A DNA stretch of 64,000 nt, taken from contig JAAOMT010000684.1 of the NCBI GenBank assembly GCA_016748015.1, positions 250,874-314,873 on the forward strand, written 5' to 3'. The notes below the pieces were generated by a model that saw only the letters and a program-made list of their open reading frames with translations, made no database searches and had not been told where the DNA came from. This DNA is from Geosiphon pyriformis uo1. Lineage: Eukaryota > Fungi > Glomeromycota. Below, in pieces: positions 12,722 to 27,015 of the stretch. How positions within the stretch are numbered: position 1 is the first letter of the stretch; each line of letters begins with the position of its first letter. The position numbers and the translations under genes were made by a program.

Positions 12722-15700
12722 ATTTTTCAAGGACCTGCTTTATACGTAAAAAATGATGAATGAAAATTTAAAGATGTTTTCCCGAGATTTAAAATCAAAC
12801 CAAACTTCGCCGTGATTTTGCGGACCAAAAATGAATGAAGGGATATATTCACATTTTTTGACTTTTTTAGTTTGTAAAATATGCTATTTTATTTTGAAGC
12901 AGTTAATCTTGTTCGAAAATGATAAAAAGAAGATGTTGAGTAACAAACTTGTGGATTAGAAAGATAAATCCAAAGATTTGATTGACTTAGTTGCCCACGC
13001 TATAATATAGAATGGCGATGAAATGAATACGGGAGGACACCTGAAAGTTACCTTCTATATAGAAAGGTATGAGTTTAGTGATTTTTATATGAAGAACCTA
13101 CCAGAAAACAGCCAATCGGAAAGACTAGTGATTTGATCAGCGTTTCACAAACTGACGTTACAAGTCTACTCTGCGATTCGATTTAAAACTCAGAAAATAT
13201 TTCGTGAAGCTCTCAATGGGGGAGGGGGGGATTTTTTTTAAAAATAGCTACGTAAAAAACAATGAACTGAACACAGTTATTGTTTGATCTGCAAGATTGA
13301 ATAGCAAGTGTCCAGAGATTACAAGTTTGGGAATTAGTTTAAAACAGCCTTCACCAAGAAATATCCAAGTGGTGAATAATGTATTAGTTATTAGTAAAAG
13401 TTTACCTAATTTATAGCATTCAAGTTTAAAGGTTGCAAATTGTATATAATTTTTGAAAATTTTATTGAGTAAAAAGTATTCAGGATTGAAAAAACTGACC
13501 TAGTCTTGAACTACTCTTCAAAATTTGAAAGGGAAAAGTGCTAAAACGATGGTTGAGTCATTAGTTGGTAGAAGTATGTCGCCTTGACTTATGCATCTCA
13601 GAATGACATTTCTTTGAACTACCACATTATGTTGCACCCTTTTTAGCATTTATTATTAAAATCTGTTATTAAACTTAAGTTTTTATTTGTATAAATAAAA
13701 ACACCTTAGGGAAAAAAAGTTTTTTTATATACAGAATCAAATCGAGTTATATATCATATCATACTTAAAGCCTTATAAATTTTAGTAAGATTTAAGGCTA
13801 ATAAGAAAACCAGGTGATTCAAAATTGAAAAATTTCATAAGGTTACAAAAATTCAAAAAGATGAGCCTTAAATAGGATGTCATTTTTTTTCTTCCAACCT
13901 CTTAGTAACAAAAATTGTTAATCACCGATATGTTTTTAGATACATTTGTCATACTAATAATAAACAAATGGGATAAAGCAAAAAAAGCTAAAATTTTTTA
14001 TAAGTCTTTTTGTGAATACAATAAATTAAAATTTGGAATCATTAATTAAAGGTAGCATTTAGAAAAATTTATTTAATAATGTCCAGTTGAAAAATGCAAA
14101 ATAGCATAGTTGACTTTGAATACTCTGAATAAATTTTATAAGTGTTTTGTTTTGGGTGGTAGAATTCCATTTTTCAAGAAAAAACCACATTAAAAATAGC
14201 TATTGGATCAAAGATTAAATATACAAATGCACCGATTTCAAACTTAATTTCGAGGTGAGGGTAAATAATAGGTATGACTGCAGACAAAATGTAAAGAAAC
14301 GCCAACTTCTTGAAAGCATTGAACTTTGAATTGGTTAATTTAATTAGATGAGTTGCGCCTAAAAAGCTATCTTAGAGCCAAAAGATAGCTGTAGGTGATA
14401 AAGTGAAAGATTTTTAGCTCAGGGTGAACCATACCGTAAAATTACGTATTAGAAGAAAGTTATTAGAGGGGTATGATACAATCTATTCCTCAGAATACTT
14501 TAGCTGACTAGGAAGTGGCTTGAAATAAGAAATGTCGATAAAAAAAAATTTTCATTGTGCTGGTCAAAATATATAGCAATGAATCTTGGCTGGCACCATC
14601 AATTTCGTGAGGCTCTCGGTACGCAAAGGTCAGATCAAAAAATAACTTTCTCACTGAGAAAGAAATGGAATTTTGGATTGTTTAAAAGTACTTTCACTTG
14701 CTACCAGTAACTCTTTTTAATAAAGCTATTGGGCCTTTAAAGTTATATGGTATCTAAATATTCGTAAAAACAGCGAAAATGGAGAAATCCAAATTATAAA
14801 TTTTGTAAAATGATTTTCAATATTTTGATAGATTTGTTGTAAATTTAAGGCTGAGGTCAGATTCATCTAGATTGTAGATTAATTAGTTTCTGGGAGCTTT
14901 TTTCCAAAGACATATACAACCAAGTCATCAACTTTAAAATGGCTAAAAAATGGTTCGAGAAAACTCAAACTGGTCACCTCAACCCACATTTATTATTTAT
15001 AGAAATGGGATTAAAAAGGACCTTAGAGCCTATTCTTATAATTATTGATTGCAACCCGCAACTTCGACAAACACATAAGCTTGTCAATGACTAGGTTTTC
15101 TTAAAACCTTTGAGAATTCGGGATCACCTATTGAGTTGCAATCCAAATGGCTCGTAATTTACGAAGAATAATCACTATTCTAATACAAGAGCTTTAAATG
15201 GTCTATTTATATATCACATCTCAATTCCCAACAAAAAAGTCAGGGGCATAAGCAAATTTAACGTTTACAAATGAATTCGTGTCATTTACTCTTGGGCCAT
15301 TTGGAAATGGGAATTATTAAAAGGTGGATATTTGTTGCAGCAGGATTGAGATATTGTCTTTATTAAATATCATCAGGAATCACTGGATCATGATAAGTGA
15401 TGGCTTTAACTATTTAAAACAAGTAAAAACCTGGTGACCAAAGTTTGTATAATGTTTTTGTAGTTTTTTCTCGCAATAACTATGAGATTCGGCTGATAGG
15501 TAATTTTGAAATTTTTGTAAGGAAAAGTGGGAGATAAAAAAATAAAAGAAAAAATGTCAATAAAGAATATATCATTAAAAACAACTATTTAAAAAGTTCC
15601 AAATTAACATATAATGTATATTTGCAAATGTAAATGGCAAGGTTGAAGTGATATATATTATTTTGAGATTCTAAATTAATAGATTTGATTAAAAAAATTT

Positions 15701-16551
15701 AAGATTTAAGTTAATTATGCAAAATGGGTTACAATAATAATGCTGTCAAGTTATATATTTAATCTCTTATTAATTAATTTATTTGTTATATATTTTTTAT
15801 AATACATAATAAACCCTTAATCTAATAAAATTATAATAATATTTAAAAATAGGTTCAACAAATAAAAATTAGTATCTTCTCAAAATATTTGACACTGAAT
15901 CTATTTAAAAATATTTAAATAATTTTTTTTTTATGAAATATAGCAAAAATAAATTATGGTGTTTGGGACAAATGATTTGCAAACCACTCTTGACTTTTGA
16001 TAAATATAGTTTCATTTAAATAAACCTTAAGTTATGGTTATTTTGCAAATATTTTGCATTCAAAATATAATAAACCAAGTTTAGTTGGAAGATCAATAAA
16101 TTCCATGATGTTTAATTTTTTAACATTGAATTCATTATGCATATGTACTTAATGATGGGATCGTATATTTTTCTATTAGACAGTCACACGAGCCTATTTG
16201 TTATTAGCCTGGGATCCCTTTGATGTTTGAACATTTGTATAACTTAAACTCCCCTTTTAGTCGTTCTGCAAAAGATTTTAAACACTGCAATATTCACAAA
16301 TGTGAAAACGAACAAGCATTTGCAAATTGCTTAACTTATTTTTTTAATATTTTAATAATTCTCAAAAATTAGACTAATTTCATGTTTAATCCAAATTTCA
16401 AACCTTTCAATCTCAAACATAAATTTGAAAGTATATACCTTTTCAAACATCCAAATGGAAAACGAAATCAAAAAATTATATTTTTGTAAATAATTTCAAA
16501 TTGGATTTAATAAAGTTTCTCGTTCTTTGAAGAAGAACTTTTTTGATGAAT

Positions 16552-18276
16552 CTAAACTTCCTTTTCGTCAGGATAAAAGAAAAATGCCAAGCCAATGATT
16601 GCGTAGGTAGACAGCAACAGTACACCTTCTAGCCAGTTAGATTTCCCGTCCTTTATGCATAAGATTTTATATAAAAAAATTACTAAAAAAGATTTGAAAG
16701 CCATATTTTTGGAAATGAAAAGAATTCAACAAACCTGAATGAGGTAATTTGTAATCAAAACCGATATAAATAAAATAACAGTTTCGAAAACGTCAAAGAA
16801 CAATGTCATTGGTTGATGTATAACCCATCCCAAAGTTACAAGGAAAGGAGTCACGAAAAGGGCAATTTGCTATAAAATAAATAAGAAAATTTACATGGGT
16901 GGTCAAAAATTGCTCATTCAAAAGTACCTAAATGGCATACCATGGAACTACCCGCGGCAACGCCAATTGCCAGGTCCATTTTGTTTTTCATAGCAACTGA
17001 AACAGCAGTGACGTGCTAGAATAAAGGATTTTTAAATAACGAGTAAAATTGATGAAGTTCCATTTACGAATCTAAATTCTTACCTCAGCGGCATTCCCCA
17101 CAATCGGAAGTAGAATTAAACCAACAAATGTTTTGCTTAATCCTGAACTCTCGACGATACCTTCTATTGAGCCAACTAGATATTCGGCACAAATAGCAAC
17201 AATGACTGTGCTGCCTGCTAGTAAACCAAGAGAAATCGGTAATGTCAGTTTTGCTTCTTCTGACTCCTCATTTTCATCATCACCAGATTCAGCGTCATAA
17301 AGATGGGCATGTGTTTTCAACTAATAGGAAGAATTAAAAAATAATGAACTTTAGCGAAGCTAAACAAAAAATTATTGTTTTTTGATAGATTACCTGGAAA
17401 AACAAATAAAACCCATAAATAACTAGCAATATAATGGCTGTCCCATGGCTAAGTTTCAAAATTTCTTCTTCTGTCCGTGTATTATCGTCGTCTCGAGCTT
17501 CCAGAGCAGCATTAAAGGAAGCAGGAATAATGAGAGCGATGCAAGCAAGTGTCATTAAGCTTGAGCTCGTTTGAGCTGCTGTCTGGTTAAATGATTGCTC
17601 ATTATATTTGAGTCCGCCGAAAAAAAAGCACATCCCCAAGACCAGTAAGAGGTTGGAGATAATAGAGCCCAAAATAGAAGCTTGTACAACTCGAACTTGG
17701 CCTTGAGTGAGCGCGAAAATTGAAATTATTAATTCGACAGCATTGCCAAAGGTTGCGTTTAAGAGACCTCCAATTGTCTATAAGAGGAAAGGGTTTTTAA
17801 ATGATGAGTAAGGACTCCGAAGAAGCTTGTAAATCATGCGACGTTAATGACGGAGTAATTGACAATTCGTATATGGCCAACGGACCTGCCCCACGCGAAT
17901 TGCTATATCTTCGGTAGCAAACCCTAATAATTTAGCAAGTGGAATAATGGCGAGAAAGTTTAGGGTGAAAACCCAAGTATCGCTCAAATTGAAGAAATGG
18001 GCGAGGATTCCGAATGGAATGAAAATTAAGAGAAAATTGGTTGGAGAAGCTTTCACGATCGCATTGAGAGATTTTAAAACAGTTGGCTCTGATTGATTGT
18101 GGTATCCGCCCGAATTCGGGGTTTGAATCAAACGTGATCTTTCATTACTTGCTTTAAGTTAGGAAATACCAAAATAAAAGTATTCATTTCAAGTTAGAGT
18201 TAGGATCATGAGTTCACAGACTTAAGATCAAATTACAATAAAAACTGCATTCTTTAGGAAACAGAGACTTACACAT
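16552..18276 (-). CDS. VCX1: Vacuolar Ca2+/H+ exchanger (CAX family)
   Basis: Alpha repeats NATFGNAVE and [21 protein letters not shown], acidic loop and SNWLEG; several GT-AG introns; TAG at 16554-16552. Confidence 0.93.
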
Positions 18277-18757
18277 TATGCTTCTTTTAATTTGAACAGC
18301 AAAAGGAAAACGTAAAAATTCCAGGAGACGAGAATTGAAGATATATAGGCAAAACCAGATTATCATAACTGATTTTGGATATTTATGTTCGGCAATTAAA
18401 ACGGTAAAATAGAAGCTTCTTTCAAAGTGTAACCAATGCGCCTTTACTCCTATTACAAACCTGTTTAGAGCTAAGGAAGGATTCAGCCTTTGCGAAATTC
18501 GGGTATTATCTTTATAAATATTACAACATGCTTCTTTTCATTGTAATAATTTTCTCAAATTCAGCGTTTCCCATCAAAATATTTTGTAACGCACTGGATT
18601 TTGTGACCGCAATAAACAAATTTTTCATCACAGAATTATCGGCCGAAGATTTTCAAATAAATCATCTGCCATAAGCTTTACAAGATAGCCTATCAACTAA
18701 GTAAAATATGGTTTTAATAACTTATAATTAACAATTGGACATCTTTACAGGTTTAAG

Positions 18758-18829
18758 GCGTTGGTGGTGTAGTGGTTAGCATGCATGCCTTCCAAGCACG
18801 CGTCCCGGGTTCGATTCCCGGTCAACGCA
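18758..18829 (+). tRNA. tRNA-Gly (anticodon TCC)
   Basis: 72-nt cloverleaf: acceptor GCGTTGG/TCAACGC, D-arm TGGTGTAGTGGTTAGC, anticodon loop CT-TCC-AA, T-loop GGTTCGATTCC. One A-C mismatch in the anticodon stem. Confidence 0.93.
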
Positions 18830-19013
18830 TTGCCTCGAGCACTTTCTATTATAGAAGCTTGATCAATAAATATCCAAATTATCAATTTTTAAATTTGAAT
18901 TCCTTTATCAGCTCATTAAATTACATTAAATTACGTTAAAGTCAAAATTATGTTGGAAAAAAAACTCATTTCTTAATTTTCATTTTTAAGAAAAGGCTTT
19001 TATATTTTTGAAA

Positions 19014-20839
19014 TCAGTAATTTCTCGATAAAATTTTATCTGCATTAATTCCTGATCTTGGTATAAACTTCAATTTATGATTTGGTGCATCTAAATCCAA
19101 TCCATGTGGGTCCCCTGTCATGTTTAATTCGACATAATTACCAGTTTTTATATCAATTTCACGTTCAATGGTAAAAAAAGTAAGCGTATAGCAAACAATT
19201 GTACACAAAAGACGTTCAGACAACTCTTGACCTATGCAGGCTTGAGGGCCTTTGCTCCAAATCCAAGGATTTTTCCAATCATCTGATTCCAATAAATTTC
19301 CATTCTCGTCAAGGAAGCGTTCTGGAATAAACCGGTTCGGCCTGTCAAAGAGTGCTGGGCTAAAATGTGTGGGGTAGGTGTTGACAAGAATGGTACTTTT
19401 ACCGGGAATATGATATCCACGATATACATTATTAACAGTGATGGCATGGGGTACTGTCAGAAAACCTAATGGTCTGAAATATTAGTTCCAAAAAGCTATT
19501 TTAGCTAATCAAAAGAGTAAATAAGCACAATTCCAAAAAATTTTAAAAAGATATTACCTGAACCGAATGCATTCCTTTATAACGGCACGCAAGTATGGTA
19601 ATTTAACATAGTCCTTAGGATTGGGGAATTGACCTTGGCCAATTAATTTATAAAGCTCACGCTGAATTTTATATTGTACTGTAGGAAGAAAGGAAAGTTG
19701 AGCGAATATCCATCTTTGTTGAGATACTGTAGCACCGGTCCCTCCAAATAGAAACAATGCAATTAAATGTAATGAATCGTATTCATCAAAAGTCTGATAG
19801 TCATTATACTGGAAGCGATTCTCTTCAATAGATTCTCGTATTGGAGGTAATAAAGTGAATCTTTCAGAAATTTGTTTTTGGTTTTTTATTGCTTTAAGAA
19901 TATGGGCTGCAAAACAATGTTGACGACCCTTTGCAACTGTAACACGCTGGCGAAGATCCATGATTAATTCATTAGCCATCTCATCTAATCGTTTCCTAGC
20001 TTTAATATCATACGGTTTATGTTTTCCAACAGGAAGAGTTTTCGAAGCCCATGAAAAAACACTATTTAATTTGCTATTGACATCCATTGCATAGGATTCG
20101 GCAAGAGAATTATAAAATCTTTTAAATGTTGGAACTGTTAATTCTGATCGACTTCCATATGTTATTGATGCTAATGTGTTTAGTACACAAATTCTAAGGT
20201 CGTAAGTTGGTTCAATGGGTCTTGAGGAGGTCTTAAGTAGTCGATACATAAAGTGTTTGACTTCACGATGTATGATATTTTGATAATAAGTGTTAACAAT
20301 ATATCCTGTTATTGCCTTATTTGTTAGAGAACGCATGGTACGCCAATAAGTTCTGTCCTGTAAATAAAATATATATATATTAGCAAAATGAAAAGTTTTG
20401 GAAATTAATTAAATCTTTGAAGCTTACAGGTGCCAGGTCATTGTATTGTAGGGAGATTTCTTTCGGATTATTATGGGACTGCGAGAGAGATATGAAAAAA
20501 TTACTAATAAGAAGCCCAAAATTTTGGAAACCAAATCTACAAACTTACTAAACGAGAGGAGTAAATAACACCACCCCTAATTACTAAATCGTTTACAATT
20601 TGGTCGTCATTCACGATAGTGTATAATTGTAAGCCTATACGTATCTCAAAAACTGGACCATATTTTCCAGCCATCTGATTGAAGGCAACATGGATTGGGT
20701 TAGAGATTTGATGTAAATTTCCAATATATCGTAATGGATGAGGACCAGGAAGTTTTTTTAGAAATTCTTGGGAGTCAATGGTTTGATGTTTCTTTTTACG
20801 GAAAAAAGGGAAAGTGCCTTTAATGGTAGGTTTGCCCAT
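19014..20839 (-). CDS. Cytochrome P450, intact, 4 exons, atypical motifs
   Basis: LPGPHPLRYIGNLHQI, WRTMR, ECIR, PERF and heme motif WSKGPQACIG. Exons join in frame, including a 51-nt internal exon (SHNNPKEISLQYNDLAP). Confidence 0.9.
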
Positions 20840-23253
20840 AATATTTGAGAAGAGGAAAATAAAAAATATTTATATGAAAAAAGAAAGTTAAATAGTTGGT
20901 AGAGGATGGAGAATTGGCGGAAAAAGGGAATGTAGATGTTGGGAGGGAAAAAGCTAAAGTTTGTCATATTATTGTATCTGATGTTTCACAGAAAATTTTA
21001 GTTGTGGGTTTAACTCCGCCACAACCTTGAAGTATATTTTTTTTCATGTTTAAGCAATAGTCCATTATTTGAGAAACCGTTTTTCCTTTTGGGTTATTTT
21101 GACCTTGGGGAAAATTTTTACTGATTGGTTTTCACTTTATAAATACGACATCAAATAAATTTCATTTAAATAGTGCAACATTACATATGCCCATATGGTT
21201 TGCAAGACGTAAATCAATTGAAAATTGAAAACTTATGAGAAAACTACACTTCTATAGTTTGATCTTACCATAGCCCTTTTTTTTTGAAACTTGTAGCATT
21301 GATTGCCTTTGAGCTTTGAAAAGATTGATTCTAATATTTAGGATTAAAAAATGGCAGATGGAAAATCTTTTTTTCCAGGAACAGATAGTGTTTTTGTGAT
21401 TTAAAAATCAATGAAACGGTTTGTGAATAACTGGTCTAAAAAAAGAAAAAACTTAAAATCGATATAAAATATATTTGATAGATTTTATTTTCCCGAACTG
21501 CAATACAGGATTTGAGTTAGAGAACGTTCTTTTCACAAGCTGAATATTTATTAAGGCAGAATCTGTTATAATAAGATAATTTTTTGAAATATTTTGTTAT
21601 TTTTTTTTAATTTGTGTCTAAATTAAGCATAATAATATCAGCCATTGTTATCTAAAGTAAACCGATAAATCCTTTGATATTAAGTATTCACCATTTTTCT
21701 GCTAGCATGAATTCAATTTGTAACAAACCTCAATAAGAATAATCCGAAATAACTTTTTCCCCAATTCAGTTTCATCATTGAAACAGCTAAAAATTCTGAA
21801 ATTGAGATAAATATTGTGTTACTGTTTTGTTGATAATTTGATGTTTTAGAAATTCAATTTTTTTTTTAATTTTCATATATAGAAGAAGTATAATTTTTAA
21901 TCTGTTCCTGCCCATTTGGTTCACTTTTATTTGCTTATATTTTTATTAATGAATCCTCAATGGCTTCAACAAAAATAATATGTAATGGTGCATCAGACTA
22001 ATCAATTTAAGTAGAGTCAATGAGTGTTTGATCGATGTAATTTGTTTATATAACTTAAAATTATTAAAATTAGATTTTTAGTTTGATGTACCCCATAATC
22101 ATATTTTTTATTGAGATATAAATAGCAAAACCAAGAAAAATATTGTTTTTATGTTTAGTTTTATCAATTTTAAAAAAATTAAAAAGGAAACCTTTTTAAT
22201 TAAAATGAGTATTAAAATTTTTGGATTTTTATTAAATAAACAAAAATAATTTAAAAATATTATATATTAACATTTGTATTATATTTTGAGAATGAGTATT
22301 ATAAAAATTTTAGTAAATAATTACTTGAATATTTTAATTTTAATATTTTATCATTTTTATTATTGTGATATTAATTTATAAATAAAAAATATTAATATTT
22401 TAATAGTCTTTTAAAACATTCATTAATTTTTAAAATTAAATATGGTCAATCAAAAGATTAACAAACAATCTTTAATATTATGCAAATTGCAAAACTTGTC
22501 ATAATATTTAATTTGATTCTTTCTTAATTTATAATTCAAGTGTAAAAAGGCAAAATAAAAATTTATATCCTTAATTCTTAAGAATATCTTTCGATTGGAT
22601 TGATTGATTTAATATTTTTGACAGCAAACAGATTTTTGCAAGGAATTTTTTTTTCCTTAGGTTTCAATGATACCATCTGAGAAATAGCAGAAAAGCTAAA
22701 TTTAGCAAAACTTGGACTGTTTAAATACTAAAAAGGTATGTCATTCTAGAAATACAGTAAATATTTACTTGTACAATTATGTATCATCATGCACCCAAGT
22801 GTTTTATAGAAAATCAATAATGAGCTCTGGGAAAAACGTATGATGCAGTTTGGAAATGAGGCCAAATTAATAGAAATTTTAAATTTTTAAATCAAAAGAA
22901 TAAACGGTCTTGGCTAAAAAATTTTTAAATGTAAACGCCAAAATTTTCGGGAGTTTAAAATGGGAATCACTTAAAATTAGACTGGAATTTGAACTTTCTA
23001 TGTAGAATCAAAGAATATCTTATCAGCTCAAGGAGCTCCATGTAATCATTCTAACCCAAAACTTTTTTTATTTGTCAGATTGTGTGGCAACAAATAAAAC
23101 AATCGGCAATACTACCGGTTGTATGACTACATTTCTTGGCAGAATAAGTAAATTGAGATTTTCCTTTAAATTGCCCTCTGAATTCACGATGCTAATATTG
23201 TACATTTCAAAATATTAATTTCTTCTTTGAAAATTTTCCAAGTTCAACCAGTA

Positions 23254-24075
23254 ATGACAGAAAGTATGCCACTAACAGAGTTGCAAAATGGTGACAGAAG
23301 ATTTTTGGATGAAACTACTGCTATCGACCAGGATATAACAACAATAAGGTCTAATATTGAACGTATCAGTCAAATTCAGAATCAAATGCTACGCAGTACT
23401 TCGAATGCACAAGAAACTGAATATAATGAAGAAATAGAACCTTTAACAGTTAACACAAAGACGTTACTCATACAAGTTAAAGATAAAATAAAAAACATTG
23501 AAAGAGAAAACTTAAGACTGTCACCTCAGAGCAAATACGGACCTCTTAGAGAAAAACAACATAAAAGGCTTCAAGAAAAGTTTACCAATGCACTCAGGGA
23601 GTACCAAACTGTGGAGCAATCCTATATGCAATCACAAAAGGAAAAAATTACAAGACAATACCGGATTGTAAATCCTAATGCAACACAAGAAGAAATCGAT
23701 AACTACGTTTCAAACCCTTCAAGTCAACCCGTGTTTCAGCAAGCACTACTAAGATCAGGGGAAGCTCGGGCTGCTGCTGCTGAAGTACAGAAACGTCATG
23801 ATGACATTAAACAAATTGAACAAACTATATCAGAAATATTAGACTTAACGACAGAAATGGCTTTAATTGTTGATGCTCAGGACGAAGTAATTGTTGATAT
23901 TGGCGAAAATATTGATAATGCCAACAACAAATTGCAGAATGGAAATAATCAAATCACACAAGCACAAAAACTTGCGCTTGCCGCCAGAAGACGAAAATGG
24001 ATTATATTTATAATTCTTCTTCTCATTATAGCTGGTGCTGTTGCTGCTGTACTTGTAGTTTTTCTTAGAAAATAA
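23254..24075 (+). CDS. Plasma-membrane syntaxin (Sso1/2-like Qa-SNARE); a short first exon from ATG 23123 is possible
   Basis: Habc helices, RQYRIVNPNATQEEI, SNARE motif EVQKRHDDIKQIEQTISE...Q...I..N, basic ARRRK and a C-terminal TM helix. Confidence 0.92.
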   Translation: MTESMPLTELQNGDRRFLDETTAIDQDITTIRSNIERISQIQNQMLRSTSNAQETEYNEEIEPLTVNTKTLLIQVKDKIKNIERENLRLSPQSKYGPLREKQHKRLQEKFTNALREYQTVEQSYMQSQKEKITRQYRIVNPNATQEEIDNYVSNPSSQPVFQQALLRSGEARAAAAEVQKRHDDIKQIEQTISEILDLTTEMALIVDAQDEVIVDIGENIDNANNKLQNGNNQITQAQKLALAARRRKWIIFIILLLIIAGAVAAVLVVFLRK

Positions 24076-25014
24076 CCTTTTATATCATTTCCCTCAAGAT
24101 TATTTACATTAGTCATTATGCTTGAAATTAACCTTGAATAAATCATTTGTAAATTAATTTCATCCTAAATTACTAATTAGTAGTAATTCTTTTGAAAAAC
24201 AATTTTATTTCAAACTGAGATAGAAATCACGCTTACATTATTTTTAGATTGATTGTTAGACCATCCCTGCATTACTATATCATCCAATCATGTTATGACG
24301 AAAGTCGAACGTTCTAGCAAATACAGATAATTTAAAAAGGAAATGCTTTCTAATAAGCTGGGTTTTAATGCACTTTGACTTCATTCAATAGTAAGTCTCA
24401 CTTTTCAAAGTCGGGCTAATTTCATTTCCGATACGGGTAAAACTAAAGCTATGTAATTAAATTTTGGCTGGTATGCACGCTTTCCACTTCACATGATATT
24501 TATATCTATCATATATTCTGAATATTTTTCATTGATATTTTAATCTATTTCTTGAAATTTCTTGAGAGAGATCTAAATTTGGTGTAGTTGCGAAAATGAG
24601 TAAACTCTGCTTTTCAATTTTGAGCCGTTAATGATTTGTTAATTTTTTTTGAATAATTAACAGCATTTATTGGTAATTTGATGTAATTCCCTCTTGAATT
24701 GTCCTCAATAAAATGGTTTTCCTCTCATGCGTTTGAAAGAACAAAAATGATGATCCAAGTACTGTCAGAGTGAGTGATTGATTGATTGATCAAAGCTAGC
24801 CCTTACGATTGATGAAATCAATTTTTTCGCCAAGAAATCACCAAAGAAAGTTTTCAAGAAGAAGCTAAGCGCATAATTAATGTCTTTATAAAATAAATAA
24901 AAATCCTTCGCAAAAAGTAATGGCATCAAGCCAACTTGCCTTCCCATCTCAAATAATCATTGTGCGATTCGACGAGACTACAGTTTCTTAATCAGATCAT
25001 TGCCTTAGACTTTC

Positions 25015-26335
25015 ATGATGAACTTAATTTTGACCAATTTTTATTTTATCCTTTCAACATTACTTATCATTCAATCTATGGCTCAGATACCAAATTTTCC
25101 TAGTTTTGGGGGGCAAGGGGATAACAGCCCATTTGGAAATATTGATCCAAGCAAAGGTAGAATATGATGATCGGAATAGCAAATTTTTTGAACTTTGCTC
25201 GGTAACAAACCTTTTTAAATTTTCATTGTAAAGGAAATCCGATTCAACCCGGAGGTCAGGTAAGAAAAATTGACTTCTTTAAATTTGATTTCTTGTTAAT
25301 TATCAAGGAATAATTCTAGAAATATTCGGGGAAATCATTCTCCAAACAAGCTCGATCCAACATCAACAAACTCTCCGCTAAATCCAAATAATCCAAATAG
25401 CGTTTATAGCAATCCGGAAGGAAAAGGAAAGTCATCACAACCACAACAGAAACAATCACAACCAGAATCACCAATTTCCTCAGGTCCACAATCCGGAGGA
25501 AAATCACCTAGCTCTTCGGCCACACCGGCTAAAGCACCTACCTCACAATCATCAGGAGGGAACCCTCCATCTTCGGGTAAACCCACTAGTCAAAGTGGAG
25601 GTAAAGCACCACCTCCACCTCCAAACATTCTAAAACAAGCATGGCAAGAAAAAGAGAAAGCTTGCGTACTTGTTAGTGGTCCACCAAATAATACGATTGT
25701 ACAACCTATGAGTAAACACCGTATTTCTTGGAATCAATCTCCTTGTCAAATGTCAGCTCGTGTAGTCGGTCAATTCAACGTCTTCCTTTATAACAATCTA
25801 AAAATGGTGCCTGATGAGAAGAGCGCGAAGAAGAGAGATTACTGTGGGTCATTTTGTAAGAGAGATTATACACCAAACGGGAAGGTAATTTAATCAATTT
25901 CTGAGCTTTTTTAATTCAAATCATTAACTTTAACATTCTTTTAAAATTTGAATTTAGCTAATTTACGATTGGGGTCCAAGAATTATTGCCACAAATTTAA
26001 CCAACTCCACTAACAATTATGATTGGGAAGTACCTTACCTGAACGATCCACGTATAACAAATTCATCCGCCTTTTATATTAGAGTTGAAACTATTTCTTA
26101 CTCCGGTATATTTGGAGCGACTCCACCATTAGGTGGTACTTATGGCCCAGTTGCAATTGAACTTCGTGACCCACCACCAGGTTTCCAGGAGAAAAAAGAG
26201 ACATCTTCTGCTCCACTGCTTAAACCTTCAACCTTACCTTCTGCAGCAATAAGCTTGTTAGGTCATGGTGGTGGTTTATTAATGTTGATTATGTTCATTT
26301 TTTCCGGTGTGGTGATTTTAGGTAGAACTCGCTAA
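25015..26335 (+). CDS. Secreted Pro/Ser/Gly/Gln-rich, probably GPI-anchored cell-surface protein with a Kre9/Knh1-like beta domain
   Basis: Signal peptide MMNLILTNFYFILSTLLIIQSMA, then a long open low-complexity frame. Domain HRISW..FNVFLY..IIATNL..YDWEVP..FYIRV continues across an intron near 25885-25957, followed by a hydrophobic tail and TAA at 26333. The second acceptor is uncertain. Confidence 0.75.
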
Positions 26336-27015
26336 CAAGGCTGTAAGGCATATTCCCGAGAACATTTAAGTTTATTTGATCGAAATTTTGTGAACATTTA
26401 AAAAATGGCTAACTGAGCTAAACATTTTTGTCAAACCACATTATTCTAGAGGTATGCAAAATCAAAATTTTAAATTGTCCCGAATCTCGTGCTTTTACTT
26501 CCATTTAGGGTTCATTCTCACAGGATAAGGTACATTTAAAACGATGGGAATGTTCAAATCGATTATCGAGTAATTTGATAAAAGGTCTGAAGAGTTGTAG
26601 CAACAATATTCCTTATAGTCAAGGCTTGATTCTCTATGTATGGGCTTGACTTCTTTGTGAAACATATATGGTTTCAATTCATTACCAACAAAAGATCGAA
26701 CTTTTCTATGATCATTCAGAATTAACAATTTCGTTGTAAACTTTATTTTTAATTATGATCTATGGTCCCATGATTTCTTGTGAATATTCTTTTTCCTCTG
26801 GTGTCGCACAGAAAATGGGAAGCAACCCCCATTTTAATAAGATGGTGAATTTTTTCCTGAGTGAATTGCTAAAAACTATAATAAGATTTTTGGAGCTCCG
26901 TACAGTATGAAATAAACAATCAGGTAATGCATGGATGGCAGCTGATCAATAGCAAACCATATATCTTGGCAGAGTTTCTCATAAATAAATTATCACCGTT
27001 TTTAAATTAATAGCA

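Noticed and set aside
13218-13230. G-run GGGGGAGGGGGGG upstream of the F-box gene as a G-quadruplex
   Set aside because: Too short for four looped G3 tracts.
14364-14390. 9-bp hairpin AGCTATCTT...AAGATAGCT
   Set aside because: Expected by chance in 64 kb and has no supporting context.
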